Source: a virus. From it: a DNA stretch of 51,901 bases. The stretch is from IMG/VR virus record IMGVR_UViG_3300009658_000001, one strand, 5' to 3'. Of this stretch, positions 7,247-16,159 are shown piece by piece; position 1 is the first letter of the stretch, and the number at the start of each line of letters is the position of its first letter. The notes beneath the pieces are model-generated. The model made no database searches and was not told where the DNA came from. It worked only from the letters and a program-made list of their open reading frames with translations. Position numbers and translations under genes: made by a program.

Positions 7247-9631
7247 ATGTCGATAGAGATCGTCACCGGTTTGGTGACGGAGTACTTTTCCGGCGGGTGG
7301 CGAATGGCGCCATTTCGCAAGAGCCCGGACGGGTACATTGGGGTGAAGGCGTGGCCGAAGCGCGCCGCGAAGTCCCCTCTCGAGCTGCAGGCCCTGATCG
7401 AGGAGCTGCAGATGAAGTTCAAGACGGACCCGATTCTCGGCGTCGTTCCGCCGATGGGTCGGTACGTCGTGGACATCGACGTCAAGAAGAATCTTTCTGC
7501 GCTCCAGTTGTGGAAGGACCACGTCATAGGGGCGCTTGGTCAGTACATCGAGCCGAACCTGATCGTCAAGACTAAGTCGGGCGGCTACCACCTGTACTAC
7601 TCTGACGGGTCCGACCGGCAGCTCCACAGCCCTACGTCGGTGTTCAACAAGGACTCCGGCATCGACATCCGTGGTTACACCGGCATGGTGATCGCGCCGA
7701 CTTCGGTCGGCACGGAGATGGACTGGCAGCCCGGCGAGTACGTCGTGATAAGGGGTCGCCCGACTGACCCGCTCTCAGTGCTGCCACTGAGCAAGGTCAT
7801 AGGCGAAGGCTTCGACGAGGTCGACGTCTTCCTGAGGGACCTCCTGTCACAGGTCAACGAGGCGCTCCGCAACCCGAACGTCCCCGACAACAAGCGTCAC
7901 CTGCTCCTGGGCGACGCGCTCGTCATACCGAACTCCTCCAGAGACAGCACTCTCTACCGGTGCGCCAAGCTATGTCGGAGCGCGGGGATCAGTCAGGAGT
8001 CGGCGCTGAGGTTCATGCAGGCCCTGGCGACGAGGTGCGAGGCCACTCCAGAGGAACCGCTCGAGCACTGGATCAAGCTTGCGTCCGACAAGGTCGTGAG
8101 GGTGTACGGCAACGACGCCGAGGGGCGCATCGTCTCGATCAGTCAGTTGTTCGAGGAGCTCGACAACTCCGGCTGTGTGATGCTCAACGGCGTCAGCAAG
8201 TCCTACTTCTACTTCCGCCTTGGATCGCATGTGCTGCGCATCCGACCACGGTCCAAGTTTGCCACGGACAACGTGGCGAACGTCCTCCAGGGCCAGTACA
8301 TCAAGACGGACGAGGGCGACGTACCGATCAAGAAGGCCTTTCCGGCCTACAGGCCCAGGGAGGTCGCCTACTCCGACGCGATGTACCCCAGGGACCTCCA
8401 GTTCTTCGAGTTCGAGGGTCACCGCTATGTCAACAGCTACATCGATCCGTTTGCGGGTTTTGAGCCGGACGACGGCATGCTGCGAAGGGCGAACGAGTTC
8501 GTTGAGCGGTTCCAGCAGTTCGCTCGCCACATCACTGGCTACGATGATGGCGACGAGAAGAGGTTGCTTGATAAACTTGCTTGGATTGTACAGCGACCCT
8601 ACCGAAAAATGCCGACTGGCACTATCATTTTCTCGCACACTAGAGGCTCTGGTAAGGACGTGTTCATGTCCATCGTCCGCGAGATTGTCGGTCGTCCGTA
8701 CTACATGCCGATCACGCTACAGAGCATCGAGGACCCTCACACGGTCATGCATGATAAATTGGTTTGTACTGCGTCCGAAGTGCAGCTACAGACTAACGCT
8801 CGAGGCAACGTCGCGGCCGCTTCGTTCATGGGAATTCTCAAGGACAAGATTAGTCAGCAGCGGACGTACGTCAACGAGAAGTTCATCCAGCCGTACAGTG
8901 CGCCGTGGTTCGTCAACTTCTTCGTGCTCTCAAATTTCGAGCTCTCCAGCCTAATCGAGACGGACGACCGGCGGTGGGACGTGTTTCACGCCACTGAGGA
9001 GAAGCTGGACCAGAGTTTGTTCGGCGAACTCGCCGACTTAGGCAACGACGGCGTGTGGGTCGAGCGCGACGCGTCGGCCAACCTGTTCCGCAAACACATC
9101 ATCTGGGCGCTCCGTCGCCACTTGCAAGAGCGGGCTGTCGATCCGTACTTCGATCGCCAGGAGGCTCTGCAGAACCTCGTCAAATCTAAGATGATGGAGA
9201 ACCGGAACCCTCCGGCCATCGAGTGGATGATAGAGAACCTGCCGACGTACTTCACGGAGGAGGTGCTGATGATCGCTTGCCACTTCTGTCCGTACCATAT
9301 CAGGCCGGAGTACGCGCTCCGCGCCGTGAAGGACCACTTAGGCCCAGGCGTCATGACACTCGCCAGGCCTGGCCAGTCGTACGGGTACAAGATGCGGAAC
9401 GCCCCACTGTACGAGGTCGTCAGTGACGGGTCGTCGAAGGTGCCCAGACTGAGGTTCGAGGGTGCCGCGCTGAACCGGATCGTGTACGCGCTGAAGGGCC
9501 GACCGCAAGCCACTGAGTTCACTGAGGGCAAGCTCAAGGGCATGATGCAGCGATGGTATTTGCAGAAGGTGAGCGAGTTCCATGGTCGCCAGGGCAACGC
9601 GGCGGCCTTGCCTGGCGCGAAGGTTGAGTAG
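7247..9631 (+). CDS. Bifunctional primase-polymerase / SF3 (D5-like) helicase
   Basis: Prim-Pol motifs DIDVKK, KTKSGGYHLYY and IDIRGYTGMVIAPTS, plus Walker A HTRGSGKD. The ATG at 7247 follows ggag; the ORF track start is 7202. Confidence 0.85.
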   Translation: MSIEIVTGLVTEYFSGGWRMAPFRKSPDGYIGVKAWPKRAAKSPLELQALIEELQMKFKTDPILGVVPPMGRYVVDIDVKKNLSALQLWKDHVIGALGQYIEPNLIVKTKSGGYHLYYSDGSDRQLHSPTSVFNKDSGIDIRGYTGMVIAPTSVGTEMDWQPGEYVVIRGRPTDPLSVLPLSKVIGEGFDEVDVFLRDLLSQVNEALRNPNVPDNKRHLLLGDALVIPNSSRDSTLYRCAKLCRSAGISQESALRFMQALATRCEATPEEPLEHWIKLASDKVVRVYGNDAEGRIVSISQLFEELDNSGCVMLNGVSKSYFYFRLGSHVLRIRPRSKFATDNVANVLQGQYIKTDEGDVPIKKAFPAYRPREVAYSDAMYPRDLQFFEFEGHRYVNSYIDPFAGFEPDDGMLRRANEFVERFQQFARHITGYDDGDEKRLLDKLAWIVQRPYRKMPTGTIIFSHTRGSGKDVFMSIVREIVGRPYYMPITLQSIEDPHTVMHDKLVCTASEVQLQTNARGNVAAASFMGILKDKISQQRTYVNEKFIQPYSAPWFVNFFVLSNFELSSLIETDDRRWDVFHATEEKLDQSLFGELADLGNDGVWVERDASANLFRKHIIWALRRHLQERAVDPYFDRQEALQNLVKSKMMENRNPPAIEWMIENLPTYFTEEVLMIACHFCPYHIRPEYALRAVKDHLGPGVMTLARPGQSYGYKMRNAPLYEVVSDGSSKVPRLRFEGAALNRIVYALKGRPQATEFTEGKLKGMMQRWYLQKVSEFHGRQGNAAALPGAKVE

Positions 9632-9665
9632 AGCGGTGTACATTTTGACCAACGCAACGTACAAT
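9631..9665 (+). promoter_or_regulatory. Sigma70-like promoter, class I, giving a leaderless or near-leaderless DNA polymerase mRNA
   Basis: TGTACA (9637-9642), a 17-nt spacer, then TACAAT (9660-9665). The ATG is at 9673. Confidence 0.6.
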
Positions 9666-9672
9666 ACATAGT

Positions 9673-11529
9673 ATGCACGCACTTGACCTCGAAACGAGTT
9701 CGATCTCCGGCGACCTGTCCGACTACATGGCCTTGGAGCCATGGCGAGCGCGCCAGGGCAAGGGCTTCATCAGCTCACTGCACGTGCACGGTGACGTGCA
9801 CGACATCCATATCAAACGACCGACGCGCGAACAGTTGATTGAAGTGCTGGAGAAATTGAGGGGCGAGGAGGTGTACGCGCACTTCGCGCTCTTTGACGTG
9901 GCGTGGCTCATCGCGTCGATCGAACCGAACCGACTCGCTCCACTGCACTCCGCGATCAAGGGCGTGCGCTGGCGAGACACGGCGCTCCTTACCAAGTGGT
10001 GCATCAACGGTCGCAAGAGCGAGTACTTCAGCTACTCTCTGCTGAACATCATCTACACGTTCAAGGACAAGCTCGGTCACGACGGCGCCGAGGAGTTCGT
10101 GCGCATGAAGCAAGCGCAGACCCTCGTCGCGGACGATCCGTACTGGGAAGAGCGGGGTCGCCAGGACGTGCTGTGGACCTACCGCCTTGCGAAGTTCATG
10201 GAGACGCAGTTGCCGCCCCCCTGCAAGCGCGGCTACGTGATCGAGGCGCGCGCCATCGCGCAGACCGCTAACAGCTGGATGATAGGGATATACGTCAATG
10301 AAGCGAACCTCAAGATCGCGGAGTCCCAAATCGAGTCCGACATCGTCGCCGGATGCGCAGCTCTTGGACTTACAGAATCGGTTGTTTCAAGTCCAGCGCA
10401 ACTTGGCCGAGTTGTCTTTGGCAGTTGGGGATTTGAGCCAATTGCTCGTACTCCTACTGGACAGCCAAAGGCGGACGCTGATACTTGGATCGTCCTTGCT
10501 CATGCGACTGGAGACCAACGACTCCGAACTCTCCTCAAAACCCGTCAAGCACTGACGCTCAGGAGCAAGTACATCCGCACGGTGTACGACGCACTGGCCC
10601 GCACGGGCGACGGCTTCATGTACGGCAAGCCGCTGCTCTTCGGCACGTCCTCCGGTCGACTGACGTACAGCTCTGAGACTGTGTCCGGCGTCAAGGTGAG
10701 CATGGCTCAGCACCAGATTCCTCGCAAGGACAAGATCATTCGGGCCTTTCTCTGCCCACCGCCTGGCACCAAGCTGTTCGAGACCGACGCCATGGCGCAG
10801 GAGTCCCGCATCATGGGTATCTGGTCCGGCGACGAGGAGATCATCCGCATCTTCAACGAGGGGATCAACTTCCACGCGAGCATGGCCGCTGAGATATACG
10901 GAATGGCCTACGAAACGTTCATGGAGGGCTACAAGCAGGAGTCGACCGAAGGGCTCGAGGGCGTGTTCACCGAGCGCAGGCAGTACGGCAAGCTTACGAA
11001 CCTCTCCTGCAACTTCCGCATCGGTGGCAAGAAGCTCGCGCACAAGGCTCTCGTCGACTACGACACATACACGTCCGAGGCGGACGGTCGGAAACTCGTG
11101 AACACCTTCAAGCAGAAGTACCGGCGCGTGCCTGAGTACTGGGACAACATCGTCGCCTTCGCCAAGCAGTATGGGTACTCGTACACCCTTGCTCAGCGCC
11201 GTTGGAAGGCGCCGAAAGAGATGCTCAACAGCTCCGACGCGTGGAAGGTCGAGGGCACGGTGATCAGTCACCCGATCCAGGGGACAGGCGGCGAGATGGC
11301 TCTGGCGGCGATGTCGTCCGTGCCGGACGAACTGCTGCAGATGAGTCTGCACGACGGCCTCTTCTGGCTCCTGCCCGAAGACGGTCGCGAGAAGGAGCAC
11401 GCCGCGTCGATTCTCGAGCGGATGAATGCCACGAACTACCAAGCACTGTGGGACCTGCCGAATCCGCTGCCGATCCCACTGCTGTACGAAGCTTCAAAGA
11501 TCGGAACCTCTTACGCAGATGTCAAGTGA
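9673..11529 (+). CDS. Family A DNA polymerase with 3'-5' exonuclease domain
   Basis: ExoI motif LDLETS at the N-terminus. Pol motifs are DAMAQESRIMG, RRQYGKLTNLSCNF and LHDGLFWL. Confidence 0.9.
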   Translation: MHALDLETSSISGDLSDYMALEPWRARQGKGFISSLHVHGDVHDIHIKRPTREQLIEVLEKLRGEEVYAHFALFDVAWLIASIEPNRLAPLHSAIKGVRWRDTALLTKWCINGRKSEYFSYSLLNIIYTFKDKLGHDGAEEFVRMKQAQTLVADDPYWEERGRQDVLWTYRLAKFMETQLPPPCKRGYVIEARAIAQTANSWMIGIYVNEANLKIAESQIESDIVAGCAALGLTESVVSSPAQLGRVVFGSWGFEPIARTPTGQPKADADTWIVLAHATGDQRLRTLLKTRQALTLRSKYIRTVYDALARTGDGFMYGKPLLFGTSSGRLTYSSETVSGVKVSMAQHQIPRKDKIIRAFLCPPPGTKLFETDAMAQESRIMGIWSGDEEIIRIFNEGINFHASMAAEIYGMAYETFMEGYKQESTEGLEGVFTERRQYGKLTNLSCNFRIGGKKLAHKALVDYDTYTSEADGRKLVNTFKQKYRRVPEYWDNIVAFAKQYGYSYTLAQRRWKAPKEMLNSSDAWKVEGTVISHPIQGTGGEMALAAMSSVPDELLQMSLHDGLFWLLPEDGREKEHAASILERMNATNYQALWDLPNPLPIPLLYEASKIGTSYADVK

Positions 11530-11545
11530 CGAAAGGAGTGATGTG

Positions 11546-11929
11546 ATGAGATTGCAAGTCAAGTTGATCGCCAACCTCGAGGTGGATTTGGCTGAGTACC
11601 TCGGGGAAGACGAAGTGTTGGACGGCACGCCGCAAGCGGCGGGCTCGGACAACGACTGTGACATCTTCACCGAGACGGACCTCATCGAGCGCGTGCGCGA
11701 TCAGATCGATGACGGAACGTTCAGCATGGACGACGTGATGGAGCAGGCGCAGGACTACACTGTGACCGTCGAGCCGAGCGCCGTCGCCGAACTGGCCAAG
11801 GACTGGACCGCGCACGTCATTCCGTCCGAAGCGGCGTTCGTCAAGAGCATTGTCGGTCAGATCCCGGAGGTCTTCGGCGCTCGCGAGCGGTTCTACGAAG
11901 TTCTGCAGAAGTTGGCGGGGGCGCAATGA
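11546..11929 (+). CDS. Acidic hypothetical protein
   Basis: ATG at 11546 preceded by aaaggag. The ORF is 127 aa and rich in Asp/Glu. Confidence 0.5.
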   Translation: MRLQVKLIANLEVDLAEYLGEDEVLDGTPQAAGSDNDCDIFTETDLIERVRDQIDDGTFSMDDVMEQAQDYTVTVEPSAVAELAKDWTAHVIPSEAAFVKSIVGQIPEVFGARERFYEVLQKLAGAQ

Positions 11930-12645
11930 TCGCCCTCAGCTGGTCACGCCTCTCGACTTACCTGCAGTGCCCTCGGCAGTTTCACCTGAAATTCATTAGC
12001 AAGACGTTCCGCGAGGAGGAGAAGAGCGTCCACCTGATCAAGGGCGAGGAGCTGCACAAGCAGTTGGAGAACTACGTGCTCGCCCGCAACGGCCAAGCCA
12101 CGATGCCCGTCGGGTTCACCCCGTCCGTGCGCGAGACTCTGCCGTACGTGGACAAACTGTTCAGCCTGTACGACGCGCTCTACCCAGAGGCGCAGCTCGC
12201 GGCCGACGTCAGCTGGAAGCCCACCGACTGGTTTGGCAAGGACACTGCGTGGCGCGCCATCTGGGACCTCACTGCGGTGAAGCCTCAGACGTGCTTCATC
12301 GGCGACTACAAGTCGGGGAAGATCTACCCGTACGGCGACACGTTCGGGCAGCTTCACCTGTCAGCGGTGATGGGTCTGAACCGGTTCCAGGACGTGCCGG
12401 AGGTCACCGCCGCGTACGTGTACATCGAGCACAAGAAGGTCGAGCCGATCCGCGTCACCCGCAAGGAGACCGACGAGGTCGACTCCAAGGGTCGGAGGGT
12501 TCCGCACTTGTCCGTAGTGCAGGAGTACTTCGACAAGCAGTTCGAGCGCGTGCAGTTCGAGAAGAACTGGGACCCGGTCGCCAACGACAACTGTCGTTGG
12601 TGCCAAGCCACGCGCGCTCAGTGCCAGTACTCGAGAAAACTGTGA
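11926..12645 (+). CDS. PD-(D/E)XK Cas4-like exonuclease
   Basis: ATGA overlap start. It has an N-terminal Cys (YLQCPRQF), the core GDYKSGK, and a C-terminal CRWCQATRAQC cluster. Confidence 0.75.
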   Translation: MIALSWSRLSTYLQCPRQFHLKFISKTFREEEKSVHLIKGEELHKQLENYVLARNGQATMPVGFTPSVRETLPYVDKLFSLYDALYPEAQLAADVSWKPTDWFGKDTAWRAIWDLTAVKPQTCFIGDYKSGKIYPYGDTFGQLHLSAVMGLNRFQDVPEVTAAYVYIEHKKVEPIRVTRKETDEVDSKGRRVPHLSVVQEYFDKQFERVQFEKNWDPVANDNCRWCQATRAQCQYSRKL

Positions 12646-12962
12646 CGCCGGAGGGGAAGGTCAAGCAGTGGTGCCGCCGGAAGGGCGGCGCCTTCGACTT
12701 CTACTTCCCCGGTCACGTGAGGGTGTCGCCGCGCGGCGGACCGTTCGGTCAGAGCGGGGTCGCGGACGACATCCTCTGTTGGCACGGCGTGTTCGTCGCG
12801 ATCGAGGTGAAGCCCGCCGACGGCAGCCCGACCACGCTGCAGACCGCGTTCCTTAAGGACGTCATCGCCGCCGGAGGCGTGGGCGCCGTTCTTAGGGGTC
12901 GAGACGAAGCCAAGTTATCAGCTATCAGAGATAGGGTGTTGCAGAGATGTCGTTCGACGTAG
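12642..12962 (+). CDS. VRR-NUC domain nuclease
   Basis: GTGA overlap start. The motif DDILCWHGVFVAIEVKP...LQTAFL fits VRR-NUC. Confidence 0.7.
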   Translation: MTPEGKVKQWCRRKGGAFDFYFPGHVRVSPRGGPFGQSGVADDILCWHGVFVAIEVKPADGSPTTLQTAFLKDVIAAGGVGAVLRGRDEAKLSAIRDRVLQRCRST

Positions 12963-14353
12963 AGACTTACGACTGGCCAGCGTTTCAGGGGCGCAAGCCC
13001 TTCGCGCACCAGAAGCACACTGTCAAGTTCGTGCTCGAGCACAAGAACTGCTTCGTGCTCAACGACCTGGGTACAGGCAAGACGCTGAGCGTACTCTGGG
13101 CCCTCGACATCCTGTTCAAGGCCAAGCGAGTGCGGAAGGTGCTCGTAATCGGCCCGCTCTCCACGCTGAAGATCGTGTGGCTGAATGAGATGTTCCTGAA
13201 CATGCCGCACAGACGAGGGGCCGTGGCGCACGGCAACGCGCAGATTCGTCGGCAGGTCCTCACCGACCCACTCGTCGAAATTGCCATCATGAACCACGAC
13301 GGCATCAAGTACGAGGAAGACGCAATCGTGCGGGAGCGGCCTGACCTCATCGTCATCGACGAGGTGACCGCCTTCAAGTCGAACTCCGATCGCACGAAGT
13401 GCATGCGCCGCATCGTGAAGGAGGGGCGCAGAGCAGGCTGGCTCAAGGGCGTGTGGAGCCTCACCGGCGACCTGACGCCCGAATCGCCGGTGGACGCGTT
13501 CTTCCCCTGCCACATCACCGTACCTCAGAACAAGTGGCTGCCGGCGTACCTCGGACAGTTTCGCGACGCATGCCTGTACCAGGTAAGCGAGTTCACTTGG
13601 ATCACGAAACCTGAGGCCCCGCAGATCGTCGCCATGTGCACGCAGCCTGCGATCCGCTACGAGCGCAATCAGTGCCTCGACTTGCCTGAAACGACGTACC
13701 AGATGATGGAGGCCCCGCTCTCCGAGTCACAGAAGAAGTGGTACGAGGAGATGCGGAAGCAGGCCTACATCGAGCTCGAGGCCGGCGAAGTCAAGGCGGT
13801 CAACGCGGCCGTGAAACTGAACAAGCTTCTGCAGATAAGTGCCGGCGCGGTGAAGGACTCGAACGGCGACGTCGTCGAGCTCGACTGCGAGGAGCGCCTG
13901 AAGCTGCTCATGGAAATCTTCGAGTCCACGCCACAGCGTAAGCTCGTCGTCTTCGCCACGTACAGAGCTTCCATCAAGCAGATCGAGGAGTACCTGACCA
14001 AGAAGGGTGTGCGCGTGGCGTGCATCCACGGCGACGTCAACCAAAATCAGCGCGCGGCGAACATCGAGCGGTTCCAATCCGGCGACCTGCAGGTCCTCGT
14101 GTTGCAGCCGCAGTCCGCCGCGCACGGCATCACGCTGACCGCGGCGTCCACCATGGTGTGGTACTCGCTCATCGCATCGAACGAACTGTATCAGCAGGGG
14201 TGCGCTCGCATCATCCGCGCCGGCCAGACGAGGAAGACCCTCATCATCGTGTTCGCCTCGACGAAGGCCGAGAAGCACGTGGCGAGCATCGTGCAGCGGA
14301 AGGGTGACGTGTCGAAGGACATCCTTAAGCTGTTTGTCGACCGCGATTTGTGA
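12947..14353 (+). CDS. SNF2/DEAD-like SF2 helicase
   Basis: Motifs DLGTGKT, VIDEVTAFKS and the helicase-C block LVLQPQSAAHGITLT. Confidence 0.85.
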   Translation: MSFDVETYDWPAFQGRKPFAHQKHTVKFVLEHKNCFVLNDLGTGKTLSVLWALDILFKAKRVRKVLVIGPLSTLKIVWLNEMFLNMPHRRGAVAHGNAQIRRQVLTDPLVEIAIMNHDGIKYEEDAIVRERPDLIVIDEVTAFKSNSDRTKCMRRIVKEGRRAGWLKGVWSLTGDLTPESPVDAFFPCHITVPQNKWLPAYLGQFRDACLYQVSEFTWITKPEAPQIVAMCTQPAIRYERNQCLDLPETTYQMMEAPLSESQKKWYEEMRKQAYIELEAGEVKAVNAAVKLNKLLQISAGAVKDSNGDVVELDCEERLKLLMEIFESTPQRKLVVFATYRASIKQIEEYLTKKGVRVACIHGDVNQNQRAANIERFQSGDLQVLVLQPQSAAHGITLTAASTMVWYSLIASNELYQQGCARIIRAGQTRKTLIIVFASTKAEKHVASIVQRKGDVSKDILKLFVDRDL

Positions 14354-14356
14354 TCG

Positions 14357-14391
14357 GAGCGGTGTACATTTTGATCGAAGCGCGGTAAAAT
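14357..14391 (+). promoter_or_regulatory. Sigma70-like promoter, class I
   Basis: agcggTGTACA (14363-14368), a 17-nt spacer, then TAAAAT (14386-14391). Confidence 0.55.
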
Positions 14392-14436
14392 GTAATTACG
14401 GTTGAGAATTGGTCTTGGCCGATGGAGGTATCAGGA

Positions 14437-14976
14437 ATGAGCTATCAGGACGAAGATTTCGAGGAAGAGGGCTACTTCGCGGAGGTCGACCAGGGCGATC
14501 CCACCGGCAAGGACCCGAAGTTCTACCGACTGGACGGCCTCAATTTGCCGCCGGCCGAGTTGCAGGTGATGAAGGTGGACGACTTGTTCGCGGAGTACAT
14601 CTCGCTTCGCAACCAGTTGACGTCCGACCGTCAGGGTTGGAAGTCGCGCGAGGCGAGGGTCAAACAGCAGATGGCGACGATCGGCGCCGTGCTTCTGAAC
14701 AAATCGCAGGAGCTGGGCGTGACGTCTCTGTCGAGTGACAAGGGCACTGGTTACCAGCAGACCAAGGAGCGCCTCGTCGTCGCGCCGGACGGCTGGAAGG
14801 ACCTCACTGCGTGGGTCAGGGAGACCGGCAACTTTCAAGTTCTGCAGAAGAGGGTGTCGCCCGACGCCGCCAAGGAGGTGCGCGAGGAGACGGGCGATCT
14901 CCCGCCCGGAGTCGAGTCGACCAGGGAGCTCACCTTCGTGGTGCGGTCCCCGATCAAGAGCGGCCGCAAGGCCTGA
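14437..14976 (+). CDS. Hypothetical coiled-coil replication-module protein (possibly Gam/Gp157-like)
   Basis: ATG at 14437, 8 nt after ggagg (ORF track start 14422). The architecture is only loosely Gam-like. Confidence 0.45.
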   Translation: MSYQDEDFEEEGYFAEVDQGDPTGKDPKFYRLDGLNLPPAELQVMKVDDLFAEYISLRNQLTSDRQGWKSREARVKQQMATIGAVLLNKSQELGVTSLSSDKGTGYQQTKERLVVAPDGWKDLTAWVRETGNFQVLQKRVSPDAAKEVREETGDLPPGVESTRELTFVVRSPIKSGRKA

Positions 14977-14997
14977 TTTCCACTATCAGGAGTAAGT

Positions 14998-15936
14998 ATG
15001 ACGATCGAACTTCCGGAGCATTTGCGAACCGGCCCGCTCGCTGAGCAGGCGGCGAAGTCACTGCGCGACGCGCAGTCCATGGCGCAGGCCTCCAACTCCG
15101 TCCCCCGCATCTCGCTGAAGGGGCGCGAGTTCCAGCTGATGGTCGACGGCGAGTCGGAGGCCAAATTCCGCGACTACCTCGACGTGGTCGTGGTCGGCGT
15201 GGAACCCGACGGTGGTCGCATGATCAAGGCCTGGTACGAGAAGGGCTACCAGGCCGGTTCGAAGGAGCCGCCGACCTGTGCGTCGGACGACGGGATCGCT
15301 CCGAGCGGCTACGTGCAGAAGCCGCAGTCGCAGACGTGCCAGGGCTGTCCCAAAAACCAGTTCGGGTCGGCGACGTCGCCGAGCGGCAAGCCCACTAAGG
15401 CGTGTCGTGACAGCAAGCGGGCGTGGGTGAAGATCGCTCCGGGCAATATGATGGTGATGCCGCCCGGTCAGCCGCCGAAGGCTTACCCCGGCGCCGAAAA
15501 GCCCTTCGTGGACCGGACGCTCTTCGGCCTCAACATCACCGTCGCCAGTCTGAAGAACTGGTCCGACCACGGCAAGCGGCTGCTGGCTCTGGGTCAGGGC
15601 CCGGCGGTGTGCGTCACCCGCATCGTGATGCAGGAAGGTGATTTCCCGTGGATGGATTTTCAGATCGCGGCGTGGCTCTCCGCTGACGACGCGCCACAGA
15701 GCCTCAAGCTCGCCGAACAGCGACCGTGGAAGATTCAGTACGCCAACGCAGGTCTGGCGCTGAACGGGCCCGACGCCGGCGGCACGAGGCAGGGCGTGCC
15801 GACTGCACTGCCCGGCGCGATTCCGCCGCACCTCCAGCAACAGACGACCGTCGGTGGTCAGCCCGCCGAGGTGGTCGACGCGGCGAAGCCTCCGCCCAAC
15901 GCCGCCGAGATCAACAAGGCCGTCGAGAATTGGTGA
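14998..15936 (+). CDS. Conserved replication-module protein with a Cys cluster (possible ssDNA-binding or recombination mediator)
   Basis: 312-aa ORF with an RBS (aggag). It contains PPTCASDDG...CQGCPKNQFGS...KACRD. The function was not recognised with confidence. Confidence 0.45.
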   Translation: MTIELPEHLRTGPLAEQAAKSLRDAQSMAQASNSVPRISLKGREFQLMVDGESEAKFRDYLDVVVVGVEPDGGRMIKAWYEKGYQAGSKEPPTCASDDGIAPSGYVQKPQSQTCQGCPKNQFGSATSPSGKPTKACRDSKRAWVKIAPGNMMVMPPGQPPKAYPGAEKPFVDRTLFGLNITVASLKNWSDHGKRLLALGQGPAVCVTRIVMQEGDFPWMDFQIAAWLSADDAPQSLKLAEQRPWKIQYANAGLALNGPDAGGTRQGVPTALPGAIPPHLQQQTTVGGQPAEVVDAAKPPPNAAEINKAVENW

Positions 15937-15955
15937 CGCGAGGAGGCCTTCGGGC

Positions 15956-16159
15956 ATGGGAAATGTCAAAGAGATCGAACTCGCTGTGCGGGTCCGCACC
16001 GTGACCGAGAAGGCGATGCTCGTCAGCAACGACGGTGAGACCTACGTGTGGGTACCGAAGTCGCAGATCACTGACTGGTCCGGCTCTGAGGAGTTGGACA
16101 TGAGGGTCGAGACGATCTTCCTGCCCGAGTGGCTCGCCACCGAGAAGGGGCTCGTGTGA
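15956..16159 (+). CDS. Small hypothetical protein
   Basis: ATG at 15956 after gaggagg. The ORF is 67 aa and is GTGA-coupled to the next gene. Confidence 0.5.
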   Translation: MGNVKEIELAVRVRTVTEKAMLVSNDGETYVWVPKSQITDWSGSEELDMRVETIFLPEWLATEKGLV

